Origin: a virus
Lineage: Duplodnaviria > Caudoviricetes
IMG/VR virus record: IMGVR_UViG_3300033067_000636
Coordinates: 1-25,616 of that record
Reading direction: 5' to 3' (one strand)
DNA: 25,616 nucleotides
Made by a program: the position numbers and the translations under genes. The notes below the pieces were generated by a model. That model did no database searches, was not told where the DNA came from, and saw only the letters and a list, made by a program, of their open reading frames with translations. Position 1 is the stretch's first letter, and each line of letters starts with the position of its first letter. This document shows positions 17,122-25,558 of the stretch, piece after piece.

Positions 17122-17430
17122 TTACGCCCCAAAGAAAGTGTATTCCAGGTTGACCGTGCCGGTCTCAGCGATAACCTTGATGGCCGAAACATCACGCACG
17201 CCGATGCTGCGCGGTGGGTCACCCGCCTTAAATTGAAAGCCGGTGCTAGTTGTGGGTGCGCCGTTGAGCATGTAACGCATGTTTTGCGTCAACGCCTGAA
17301 ATTGCCAGATAGCCGCATCGGTCGGCGGCGTAATCGTGCCAATGGCCGACACAGAGCCGCTCGTATGCGTACCGAGTGGCGTATTGGCGAAAGCATCCCT
17401 AACAACTTGCTGTGGTGTTTTAGTAGACAT
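17122..17430 (-). CDS. Putative minor virion protein (102 aa)
   Basis: Start moved to ATG 17430 (MSTKTP), which has AGGAGGT upstream. Beta-rich, with MRY..NG.PTTSTG pattern; lies within the head module. Confidence 0.65.
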   Translation of the reverse strand: MSTKTPQQVVRDAFANTPLGTHTSGSVSAIGTITPPTDAAIWQFQALTQNMRYMLNGAPTTSTGFQFKAGDPPRSIGVRDVSAIKVIAETGTVNLEYTFFGA

Positions 17431-17484
17431 TTCTACCTCCTTGAAAACGGGAATAAGCATAGCCACTTATTCCCGTTTTCTTGC

Positions 17485-17871
17485 TTACTGTTGACCCAGC
17501 ACGTAATCTAGCTGGAGCACCATCGCTGTGAAAGTGCCGGTGCCCTCTTCGTTGTAGCGCATGGTCACAAACTCACCAGCGCCAACCGTGCCATTGGACA
17601 CCGTGAAGGTCTTGGCGGTTTGACCGACCCAACCAGCCGTACCGCCCAACGTACCGGCCAACGCCGTTAGCGCCGTGCCAGCCGTGCCACCGTTATAGAG
17701 CGCCAAATCAAAATAGTTGGCAGTCGAACCGGCCAACGTATTTTGCGTCCAAGCGTACGCGCTGGTAATCACAACAGCTTGCGGCGCGCGCCACACGTTC
17801 AAATCATCATCAGCAGCCGGGTCATAATCCAGCGCGACGATAACGCTACTCGTTCGATTTCCACCAAACAT
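17485..17871 (-). CDS. Putative capsid decoration/cement protein
   Basis: 128 aa, directly after the major capsid gene, AGGAGG RBS, beta-rich Gly/Thr/Ala composition. Confidence 0.65.
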   Translation of the reverse strand: MFGGNRTSSVIVALDYDPAADDDLNVWRAPQAVVITSAYAWTQNTLAGSTANYFDLALYNGGTAGTALTALAGTLGGTAGWVGQTAKTFTVSNGTVGAGEFVTMRYNEEGTGTFTAMVLQLDYVLGQQ

Positions 17872-17881
17872 ATCAATCCTC

Positions 17882-18727
17882 CTATGTGGGCGCGGTTACG
17901 TCGCCAGTGTATTTGACCCCGAACGCCGTCCGTCGCACGCCGTGCGCATAACCGGCGCTCATATTCAACTCCCACGCCCGCAGAGAGGCGTCGCGCTCAG
18001 GTTCGAGCGTGGGGGCTTTGCGGCTGTCGAAAGCCAACGCCTGTGGATTGAAGATTGCACCTGTCGCATCGGTGCCAGAGGGAACGATGTTGGCGCTCGT
18101 GAACCAAGACATATTGAGCCATTGGCCGACAAAGAAATCCATCAAAGCTCGATTCGCCACGTCACCAAGCAGCGCTTTTTGTGATGCCGGTTGCCCTAGT
18201 TCCACCCAGATGTCGTGCCACTGATACGGATGAAGAACTGAATACAGTGGATTGGGCGCCAACGCGTTACGCAGACGCGACACACCAACAGCGAACTTGG
18301 CCAGCGTGTTGGTTGAACCAGCACCAGGACCAACGTCGGTTGTGAAGCTAGCGAAATCGCTGGTCAGGTCTTTATCGATCTTGGTCGCAATGGCATTACC
18401 CATCTCAGTGGCGCAGTCGCGCCGCGCGTCCTGAGGGTCGGTATCCATGCGAATGTCAGTGATAATGGCCTGGGTGATGATTTCACCCGGCGTCAAAGTG
18501 GCTAGCGTTTGCTTGTCGAATGTGGTCGGATTCGCATAATCCACACCCTCGGACACACTGGCCGCCGTGAAAGTGGGATAGGTGCTAATTGTCCGTGTCA
18601 TCCAGCCGGTCGCGCTGTAGGGCGTCACAAGGCCGGTCATCAGATTATTTTCGCGGGCGACGAACAGCGCATCCTCGAAAATATTGTTAAAGTAACCAGT
18701 AATGTTACTTTTTGTTGAAATTGCCAT
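17882..18727 (-). CDS. Major capsid protein (HK97 fold)
   Basis: 281 aa after the scaffold, with AGGAG RBS. VSEGVD, MGNAIATKIDKDL, VLHPYQWHDI and ERDASLRAWEL...YAHGVRR patterns. Confidence 0.88.
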   Translation of the reverse strand: MAISTKSNITGYFNNIFEDALFVARENNLMTGLVTPYSATGWMTRTISTYPTFTAASVSEGVDYANPTTFDKQTLATLTPGEIITQAIITDIRMDTDPQDARRDCATEMGNAIATKIDKDLTSDFASFTTDVGPGAGSTNTLAKFAVGVSRLRNALAPNPLYSVLHPYQWHDIWVELGQPASQKALLGDVANRALMDFFVGQWLNMSWFTSANIVPSGTDATGAIFNPQALAFDSRKAPTLEPERDASLRAWELNMSAGYAHGVRRTAFGVKYTGDVTAPT

Positions 18728-18735
18728 CTAAACTC

Positions 18736-19437
18736 CTATTCGGTTGATTCGGTAAAGCGAACCCCGCCACCGCCCCAGAAGTTTGAACCACCAGCGCCAA
18801 AGTACTCTCTAGCTCGGTCTGCATCAGTGCGCCCAGGCGGTTGCGCCGAACGTGACGGGTTAACCGCCGCCGTCTGGCCAGCCCGTTGGCGCAGCAGGCC
18901 GGGATAGGCGTTAGCCACAGCCTTGATAATCTCGGCGGCGTTGCTCAAATCGTCCGCGAGTGCCGACACATCAGCCAGCTTTACGGCTGCTACCGTGTCT
19001 AGGCCAATGTCGCTAGCTGCCGCCACAAGCGCCGCCTCGGTGGCGATCTCCTTGTTCTTTTTGGCTAGCGCCTGATTCTGTGCCTCTAATGCCTGTAGGC
19101 GTTCAGCTTGCTTCTGCGCCTCGGTTTTCTGCGCATCGTCAGCCGCTTGCGCTCTAGCTTTCAACTCATCATAGTCGGCGTACTTTGCCCGTTCCTGTTT
19201 CAGTCTGGCCGCAATGATTTTGTCAATGTCGGCTTGAGTCAGTGGCTTGGCTGCGTCCTCTGTTTGCGCATCTACGCCCGTTTTGTCCGTCGGCGTCGCG
19301 TCTGATGGCAAAATCAAAGGTCTGTCCAATGCTACTGTTTCGACTACTGCCTGAACTGGCTGTCGTTTGATGAATGATGGTTCTGTCGTCTGTTCTGGTG
19401 TTGCGGGTGCTTCGGTTGCATCTGTTGCTTTTGCCAT
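18736..19437 (-). CDS. Capsid scaffolding protein
   Basis: LTQADIDKIIAARLKQERAKYADYDELKA...KTEAQK coiled coil typical of siphophage scaffolds; AGGAGG RBS; directly upstream of the capsid gene. Confidence 0.88.
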   Translation of the reverse strand: MAKATDATEAPATPEQTTEPSFIKRQPVQAVVETVALDRPLILPSDATPTDKTGVDAQTEDAAKPLTQADIDKIIAARLKQERAKYADYDELKARAQAADDAQKTEAQKQAERLQALEAQNQALAKKNKEIATEAALVAAASDIGLDTVAAVKLADVSALADDLSNAAEIIKAVANAYPGLLRQRAGQTAAVNPSRSAQPPGRTDADRAREYFGAGGSNFWGGGGVRFTESTE

Positions 19438-19474
19438 TTATCCTCCTGGCGAGTTTGGGCGATTGCCCCGCCCG

Positions 19475-19798
19475 TTACCCCCGGCGACGGGTTGCTTTGC
19501 GCATTCCAGCGTTTGCGCCCAACTGATTCTGCATACTGCTGTATTGACTAGCGGCCTGACTACCAATGCCGAGCCGCTGGGAAAAATCATTGAACCATGT
19601 CCGAAAATGTTCGGGAATCAAGATGCGCCGTTCTGGCTCGCCTTCAGGCTGGGGGACCGGTGCGCCCTTTTTCCACAAATCAACGATGGTGCCCGCCGCC
19701 CACTTGTCGCCGTGGCACATCGGCAGAAGCTTGTCCTGCAACTCCTTTAGTGTAACAATTCTCGGTTGGTTTATCTGTTCGCTCGTGATAATGGTCAT
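19475..19798 (-). CDS. Hypothetical protein (107 aa)
   Basis: Co-oriented ORF between the hairpin and the scaffold gene; no recognisable motif or clear RBS. Confidence 0.65.
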   Translation of the reverse strand: MTIITSEQINQPRIVTLKELQDKLLPMCHGDKWAAGTIVDLWKKGAPVPQPEGEPERRILIPEHFRTWFNDFSQRLGIGSQAASQYSSMQNQLGANAGMRKATRRRG

Positions 19799-19809
19799 AA
19801 TTTTGGTAT

Positions 19810-19851
19810 AAAAAAACCGGCGTATCTAGGATTTCTCCTAAACACGCCGGT
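19810..19851 (-). terminator. Intrinsic terminator-like hairpin
   Basis: Minus strand ACCGGCGTGTTTAGGA-GAAA-TCCTAGATACGCCGGT-TTTTTT: 16-bp stem with two G-U pairs, GAAA loop and U-tract. Confidence 0.8.
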
Positions 19852-19894
19852 GACTTTTCAGTGACGGGCTGATTATTCAATTAGAATAATTAGA

Positions 19895-20140
19895 CTAATT
19901 TATCGTGCCATCGAATCCTGTGCTACATAAATCTATCAGGGTAATTTTCTGGTCGATTGTCTTGGCCTCTATCTCTATGGTCCACTCCAGGGGCTGTAGC
20001 GTCGCCGCTGGCACAACCCATTTTTCGCCCAATGTCATTGGCTCAAGATTAGCCTCGACAGAAATAGCCTGCATAGAGTGCCAGTCAAAACCGTTGCTGC
20101 TATATGATATTTGCACGTTACTACCGGTTATAATCGCCAT
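19895..20140 (-). CDS. Hypothetical protein (81 aa)
   Basis: Co-oriented, overlaps the upstream ORF, AAAGG upstream of the ATG. Confidence 0.6.
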   Translation of the reverse strand: MAIITGSNVQISYSSNGFDWHSMQAISVEANLEPMTLGEKWVVPAATLQPLEWTIEIEAKTIDQKITLIDLCSTGFDGTIN

Positions 20141-20348
20141 TTCGCCTTTTGTCCATCCATTGTTTGCCTTTTTCCATTGCCCTCGCCATGTCGCTTAGCG
20201 ATACGAGGGGCTTAAACGTACAGCCCAGGCACCCCAATTCAAGATAAGGGCAAGTATGATTGGTATATGGCGTTTCACAGTGCCTAAGCAGGCCGGGAAG
20301 CTTATCCATTATTGGCCCGGCGTGAATGTTATCGACTATATTCGCCAC
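20121..20348 (-). CDS. Hypothetical Cys-rich protein (75 aa)
   Basis: GTG start overlapping the upstream ORF; C-x7-C-x5-C-x2-C cluster. Confidence 0.55.
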   Translation of the reverse strand: MANIVDNIHAGPIMDKLPGLLRHCETPYTNHTCPYLELGCLGCTFKPLVSLSDMARAMEKGKQWMDKRRNGDYNR

Positions 20349-20520
20349 TTCGTCGTTGCTCCCTCGTTTGCACGCTTGGCTCAGCCACCTTCAGAATGCG
20401 CTCTATCCTGACCAGCAACGGAATAAGCTGCCGCCTGACGCCTTCAAGCTCGGCAATCAAATTCTCATCTATTCTATCATGCTTTATTCCACAATTCAAT
20501 AGGCTGTTTGGCTCAATCAT
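20329..20520 (-). CDS. Hypothetical protein (~63 aa)
   Basis: Start more likely ATG 20520 (MIEPNS; AAGGA upstream, just after the previous stop) than 20601. Helical LIAELEGVRRQLIPLLVRIERIL segment. Confidence 0.55.
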   Translation of the reverse strand: MIEPNSLLNCGIKHDRIDENLIAELEGVRRQLIPLLVRIERILKVAEPSVQTREQRRSGEYSR

Positions 20521-20531
20521 GCGATTTTTCC

Positions 20532-21044
20532 TTACCGTACTTGCCGAATCAGCAGCGGGGCAAATGTTTTTATTTTTGCGGTCACACGTGTCCCGCTCCA
20601 CCCGCGTTCGTGATTAATTTCGTACATGAAGGCTTGCTTGCCAACGACAGTTAGATCCCAACCGAAAACGTTCACCTCAAAATCAATTGCCCGTCCCAAC
20701 TCCATGTACCTAGACACAACGGAGAAGCCTCGGTCATCGCAACCAAAATCAATACAGGTGCAGGTCAGCAATGGACCGCTATACATTCCCGCGTCTTTAA
20801 TCCAATAACTATCCGCAGCGTTCTGGTTCACATGGCCACTAATCTCGGTCAACACCACGCGCTCACCATTAAGAGTTATCCACCCGAATGGGGTATCTTC
20901 AGTGATGAGCGAGTCTATTAGTTCATTGTCGGTTAGTGCTGAAATATCAGGCTTTTGCTTTGCATTAATCTGTATTGGTGGCAACGTAGAAATAATGCCC
21001 AGCGCCGCCAGTGACTTTAAAAATGCTCGTCTTGATAGATTCAT
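20532..21044 (-). CDS. Protein with twin-arginine (Tat) signal-like N-terminus
   Basis: ATG 21044 forms an ATGA overlap with the MuF-like stop. The N-terminus MNLSRRAFLKSLAALGII matches the SRRxFLK consensus. Confidence 0.75.
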   Translation of the reverse strand: MNLSRRAFLKSLAALGIISTLPPIQINAKQKPDISALTDNELIDSLITEDTPFGWITLNGERVVLTEISGHVNQNAADSYWIKDAGMYSGPLLTCTCIDFGCDDRGFSVVSRYMELGRAIDFEVNVFGWDLTVVGKQAFMYEINHERGWSGTRVTAKIKTFAPLLIRQVR

Positions 21045-21706
21045 CGTTTTGTCCCCAACCATTGGTCAAGTTCTGCCCGCGGCACTTCACGAATCAACAG
21101 ACTACACCGGCAGTGTGTCGTACACTGGCAGGCAACGCTAGGCGGCACGGCATCAGTCAATAATTGCCATCCCCCCTCGTAGTACATCAGGCAATCAGCG
21201 CAGTGTTGCGCATCCCCCAAGACACGCCGTGCAATCGTTACCATGTCAGCGCTACTTGTGTGCATAGTTTCTTGCAACGTCACATAGTACAGACGACGGG
21301 CTTCCCCGGCATAGCCAGTCATGCGATTGAGCAATTGTCCGATGGTCACAGCGGCAATCGTTACATCAATCGCCGTACCTACAATCTGCGCATACTGATT
21401 GCGTAGTGCTTGCCCCGCCCGCCCGTAATCGGCTAGGGCTAGTTGGTCAAAACCACCCTTGGCCAACGCCATATTTTGCAGCACGTTGCGCCGGGTCTCG
21501 GTGCGCAATTGCTCAGCGAAAGACGCCGGCGAGATGCGGCCTTCATAATAGGCCGTGGCAATGGCGCTTAATCGGGCCTCGGCCTCGCTAGTTTGCGCAG
21601 CCAGAATCTCGTTGATGGACTGCCGCGAGACGAACCGTCCAGACGATGTATCACGGTAGCGATTTAAATCTTTGTGCCAGACGTAGCCAGGAAGAATGTC
21701 CGCCAC
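21041..21706 (-). CDS. Head morphogenesis (MuF/SPP1 gp7-like) minor head protein
   Basis: Downstream of the portal; N-terminal RYRD..SGRFVS; C-terminal HCADC...PP...CQCTTHCRCSL cysteine cluster. Confidence 0.72.
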   Translation of the reverse strand: MADILPGYVWHKDLNRYRDTSSGRFVSRQSINEILAAQTSEAEARLSAIATAYYEGRISPASFAEQLRTETRRNVLQNMALAKGGFDQLALADYGRAGQALRNQYAQIVGTAIDVTIAAVTIGQLLNRMTGYAGEARRLYYVTLQETMHTSSADMVTIARRVLGDAQHCADCLMYYEGGWQLLTDAVPPSVACQCTTHCRCSLLIREVPRAELDQWLGTKR

Positions 21707-21960
21707 TACTTCACCACCGGATCTAATAATTGCCGAATCTTGGCCGGCTTCCGCTCATACCACACGATGCGCGCGTCCTGCACTTTGCTGGCGTCAATAA
21801 TCTCGGTCAAATCTGCCGCCGTGGGTATCCATTTAGCCGGGTCAGCGCCAATCGGCAAATGGGCAAGGGTCCATAGTGTGGAGCGCCGCGCATCAATAGG
21901 ATTGACGCCGATACGGATAAGCACTTGTGTTTCGGTTTCGGCCCATTTGGAGTGGTCCAT
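21706..21960 (-). CDS. Hypothetical protein (84 aa)
   Basis: Stop overlaps the MuF-like start (TAGTG); GAGGT/AAGG upstream. Confidence 0.65.
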   Translation of the reverse strand: MDHSKWAETETQVLIRIGVNPIDARRSTLWTLAHLPIGADPAKWIPTAADLTEIIDASKVQDARIVWYERKPAKIRQLLDPVVK

Positions 21961-21964
21961 CCTT

Positions 21965-22768
21965 TTACCTCACGCAATGCTCAGGCCAACCAGCGCTAGG
22001 TATCCATTCAGAGCCACCATAACGCAGCCGATCACGCATAACGCTATCGTGCATCTTTTGCAGTGCTTCATCCACAGTGGTTGCGCTGTATGTGCCCCCG
22101 TACAAAGCATCATCCTCACAATCATAGCTATTCTCGCCTTTGCCTGGGATAGGAACGCCGTGTTCAGTTTCGATACTAGCTCTGCGCACGCTTTGGAACC
22201 AGGGCCAGCGCGGACGTTTCCACGTAGATGTATACAACTCGATTTTGACCGGGTAAGCGCCTTCGGGCATGACCAACAAATAGTCTCCAGACGAATGATC
22301 GGACTTGCTGTGCTTGTTGCGACCCAAAATGAAGTCATCGAAATGGAAACAGCTATCCCGCCAATCCCTTGCGTAGCCCTCCATCGGATTACGCCACAAA
22401 CGCCACCAAAGCGCGTTGTTGAAAATCCGAAAACTAATCTCCCGATCCCCGCTACTACTGTGACCGTTCCATTTGACGCCAGGGAGATGCTTGACCCAGC
22501 GTGCCCGATCTATGGAAAAGTAGAGTGAGACAACGAAAGGTACACTGATGTTGAACGAAATATTACTATCGCTCGTTGTCGAAAATTCTAGCCCAATCGC
22601 GCATCGCCGGCTCAAAGGGACCCATTGCACGCCAACGCAATTGTCCGTGAAATGCAGCCAGGCGCGCCCATTCCAAAAGCCGCTACCTTTTTTATTTAGG
22701 TTCTGCCAACTCCACCAGACGTTAGGCTCGCCATCCGTGTCACGACCAAACAAATTAATATAATGCAT
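21965..22768 (-). CDS. Hypothetical Trp-rich protein (267 aa) inserted after the portal
   Basis: AAAGGA RBS; tightly packed between the portal and the next ORF; no motif recognised. Confidence 0.7.
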   Translation of the reverse strand: MHYINLFGRDTDGEPNVWWSWQNLNKKGSGFWNGRAWLHFTDNCVGVQWVPLSRRCAIGLEFSTTSDSNISFNISVPFVVSLYFSIDRARWVKHLPGVKWNGHSSSGDREISFRIFNNALWWRLWRNPMEGYARDWRDSCFHFDDFILGRNKHSKSDHSSGDYLLVMPEGAYPVKIELYTSTWKRPRWPWFQSVRRASIETEHGVPIPGKGENSYDCEDDALYGGTYSATTVDEALQKMHDSVMRDRLRYGGSEWIPSAGWPEHCVR

Positions 22769-22780
22769 TGGTTCCTTTCA

Positions 22781-24214
22781 TCACATCCCCTGATTGACCA
22801 TGATGCGATTAGCCGCTACCAACGTCGCCTGCTCATCTGCTTGTGTGGCTTGCTTCTCAGCCTTGATGCGTTCTTGCTCCGTCTCCCAATCGTAGCCCCT
22901 GGCCGCGCTGATGGTCTCCTTGCTGGCGAGGTCGTTGGTCAGGTCGAAAGTATCGCTTGATACCTGTTCGCGCTGGTCTTCCGGCAGCGCGCTTTGCCAG
23001 TGGAGTTTGACCACATTCTCTGGTCCGCGATTCATCAAGTCGAGCAAGCGCCGGTTGATTTCGATAATCTCCCGGCCATAAAGCGCGCGCTTGATGTTGG
23101 TCTTTTGCACTAAATCATGAAAAAGAACTTTTAGTGCAAAGCCGCTTTGCGCGCCAATCGCCATGCGGTCGGGGTCGGTCTCCGGCACTTGCGTGATTTC
23201 ACTAAACATGGTGCGCAGGAATTTGATATACTCCTGGCTGCTGCTCAGGTCCGAGGCCAGTTGCAGCGCGTCCATTGTGGCGTCCTTGTTAGACGACATG
23301 GCAATTTTGCTCACGTCTAAGTCACCCTGGGAAAACATTTTTCCCCAAATCACCGGGTGGGCAAAAATCCGGATCACCCGATTCATGTTGCTCGATGCCG
23401 CGTTGATGGCGTCGTTGATGTCGGCGTCCTCCAAGTCAGATAGGCCAAAGAATTCGTTTGGGTTGGGCAGATTCTTTCCGTGAATGATGGGCGACCAGGG
23501 CAAACCCCATAGCTTGGGCGCCTCGTCCATCGTCCACTTGCCCGCCGTGAATGATTCGGTGATGATTTCCCAGTTGTCTTTCGTTTCGGTCAAACTATAG
23601 ATGGTCCGCTTGACTGTTTTGCCCATCCGATAGCGCATCTCGTAGGCCCAAATTTCGTCAATGTCATCAGGATTCCAGTAAGGAATGACAATGTTAGGGT
23701 CAAGGTTAATCAGTCGCGGCAATCCCAGTGGTGTGGGGGATGGCTGAATTTGCACATAGAAATCACCAGTCACCCCGCCATTGATGGCTAGCTCGTTGAG
23801 GAAGCCCATCCGCCATTCAGGCGAAATCCAAATAGAATCAAGCAATTTCTCTTCGGGCGTGCCATCCGTCTCGGCTAGCTCCCAATCCAGCGGTTCCCCG
23901 AAAAGGAAGGCCGCGCCTTTGTTGACCACACGCCGCGAGATATTGATAATTACATTGTCGTCTGGCCCTGGCCCGGCTGGCGTCATGCGCGCCTTTAAGT
24001 GCTTTTTATGGCGACCATGATAGTAATTCCACAGCAGATTGTTGCGCTTGATGCGCTCTTGGTACTGCTCCTCAAGACCTACATAAATGCTGAATGGCGA
24101 CTGCATAGACGGGTCTTGCTTGGTGTACTGACCGGCTTCACGCTGATATTGACCGCTCCACACGTCGCGCATGGCTTCGGCTGTCGATACGATTTTATCC
24201 CAAAAAGTGCTCAT
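22781..24214 (-). CDS. Portal protein (SPP1 gp6-like)
   Basis: Follows the terminase. WNYYHGRH, VIINISRRVVNKGAAFLFGEP, FGLSDL, AQSGFALK, SKET...GYDWETEQERIKAE. Confidence 0.93.
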   Translation of the reverse strand: MSTFWDKIVSTAEAMRDVWSGQYQREAGQYTKQDPSMQSPFSIYVGLEEQYQERIKRNNLLWNYYHGRHKKHLKARMTPAGPGPDDNVIINISRRVVNKGAAFLFGEPLDWELAETDGTPEEKLLDSIWISPEWRMGFLNELAINGGVTGDFYVQIQPSPTPLGLPRLINLDPNIVIPYWNPDDIDEIWAYEMRYRMGKTVKRTIYSLTETKDNWEIITESFTAGKWTMDEAPKLWGLPWSPIIHGKNLPNPNEFFGLSDLEDADINDAINAASSNMNRVIRIFAHPVIWGKMFSQGDLDVSKIAMSSNKDATMDALQLASDLSSSQEYIKFLRTMFSEITQVPETDPDRMAIGAQSGFALKVLFHDLVQKTNIKRALYGREIIEINRRLLDLMNRGPENVVKLHWQSALPEDQREQVSSDTFDLTNDLASKETISAARGYDWETEQERIKAEKQATQADEQATLVAANRIMVNQGM

Positions 24215-24217
24215 AGT

Positions 24218-25558
24218 TTACCAGTATGGATTATCGATTTCCTCAACTGAGCCACCGCCCAGCATTAATTCAGTAAATGCCCACACCGTCGCGTCCAACC
24301 GGTCTGGCGAATCCTCGCCAGGGAGCCAAGAGCACATCTGGTCCTCAAGTTGAGCAAATGCCCCGATGTGATGGATTTTACCCTGCTCGTAAAGCGCCGA
24401 AACCGGCTCTGCTCGTGTATATTTTCCCTTGCTCGCCCTTACCCCAATATAGCTAATGTTGCTGTGTAGGCGCTCTTGCCGACTACACAAATCCTTGGCG
24501 GCAGTCCTAATGACATGCTCAATCATTTCACCGCCTTGGTTCGTCTCGGCAACAATGGCGTCGGCGCTATAGCGATCATAGAGTCTTACGGCCACTTCAC
24601 CCCACTGTGCTGGTGTGCCCTGAACTGATGCATCTTCCAGTACATAGCCGTGCTCGTTTTCGTCAAGACCAGCAACAATAATACCAGTTTCATTACTGTT
24701 CTCGGTCGAAGTCGCTGCCGGGTCAATGGCAATCACGATTCGATAAAGCGCCGGATGTTGCCTTAGTCTGGATTGCTCAAGCAAACTATGCGTCCACAGA
24801 GCGCCGGGCACATCTTCCAGCAGTTCGGCGTTTAACTCTTGCCGTCCAAGCCGCGTACCCTCATACTTGCGAATAATATTCTTAAAGAACGCCGGCGCTA
24901 GATTCCCTCTATTTTCGTAAGTGCTCCCTCGCACACTAATCGAGGCCGGATCTTTCAACAACTCACGAATAATCGGGATGGGCCGGGGCGTTGTTGCAAT
25001 CGCACACTGCGGCAGTTCACCTAGTCGTAGCCCAAACATTAAGTTACTCCACGCGTCATCAATGTAGCGCCATGCGGCAAGTTCATCGGCCAAAGCCCAA
25101 TGGTGCTGTGGGCCGCGTAGCCGATTGGGTTCATCGGCGGTGTAGAGCGTTGCCATCGAGCCGTTAGGCCACACGAGCCGGCGCTTGGACGGTTCGTAAA
25201 TCGGCCTGAACCAGTCAGGGCTAATCGCCAGGACGCCACTTTCACCCTCCACAACAATATCTCTGGCATCGGCAGATGTGGCTGACACAATCGCCCCACG
25301 ACTGCCCGGCATGGATTCCGCCTTGTAGCGTGCCCACTCGGTAATGCTACGCGTCTTTCCGAAGCCGCGACCAGCCAAAAGAAGCCAGTAAGACCACTCA
25401 CCAGGTGGCGGTAACTGTGCCGGGCGCGCCCAGAACGACCATTCATAAAGTAGGCGTTCTTCATCCTTCCTGGTTGGTGCTATCTCGCGTAGCGCCGCTT
25501 CCTGTTCGGAGTCGGGCAGCAACGCTACCAATTCGGCTACGGAGTGATTCGCTGACAT
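24218..25558 (-). CDS. terL: Terminase large subunit
   Basis: Walker A AGRGFGKT, LRGPQ...ADE Walker B, ATTP coupling motif, nuclease motifs IAIDPA, ETNQGG and SPDRLDA. Confidence 0.97.
   Translation of the reverse strand: MSANHSVAELVALLPDSEQEAALREIAPTRKDEERLLYEWSFWARPAQLPPPGEWSYWLLLAGRGFGKTRSITEWARYKAESMPGSRGAIVSATSADARDIVVEGESGVLAISPDWFRPIYEPSKRRLVWPNGSMATLYTADEPNRLRGPQHHWALADELAAWRYIDDAWSNLMFGLRLGELPQCAIATTPRPIPIIRELLKDPASISVRGSTYENRGNLAPAFFKNIIRKYEGTRLGRQELNAELLEDVPGALWTHSLLEQSRLRQHPALYRIVIAIDPAATSTENSNETGIIVAGLDENEHGYVLEDASVQGTPAQWGEVAVRLYDRYSADAIVAETNQGGEMIEHVIRTAAKDLCSRQERLHSNISYIGVRASKGKYTRAEPVSALYEQGKIHHIGAFAQLEDQMCSWLPGEDSPDRLDATVWAFTELMLGGGSVEEIDNPYW

Noticed and set aside
19883-19911. 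Promoter upstream of the hairpin (TGGCACG as sigma54 -24; TATTCT as sigma70 -10)
   Set aside because: The sigma54 -12 TTGC is missing and there is no convincing -35, so the evidence is too weak to call.
21674-22528. 284-aa plus-strand ORF
   Set aside because: Antisense to three tightly packed minus-strand genes with RBS or overlap support; no motif. Treated as a shadow ORF.
25039-25464. 141-aa minus-strand ORF starting with an ATGA overlap at the terS stop
   Set aside because: Lies wholly inside terL in another frame with Arg/Ser/Pro-rich off-frame composition; probably coincidental.
24218-25558. Gene transfer agent, because TerL motifs resemble RcGTA-type terminases
   Set aside because: SPP1-like portal, separate scaffold, no prohead protease, long tape measure and many accessory ORFs do not match the RcGTA gene set.
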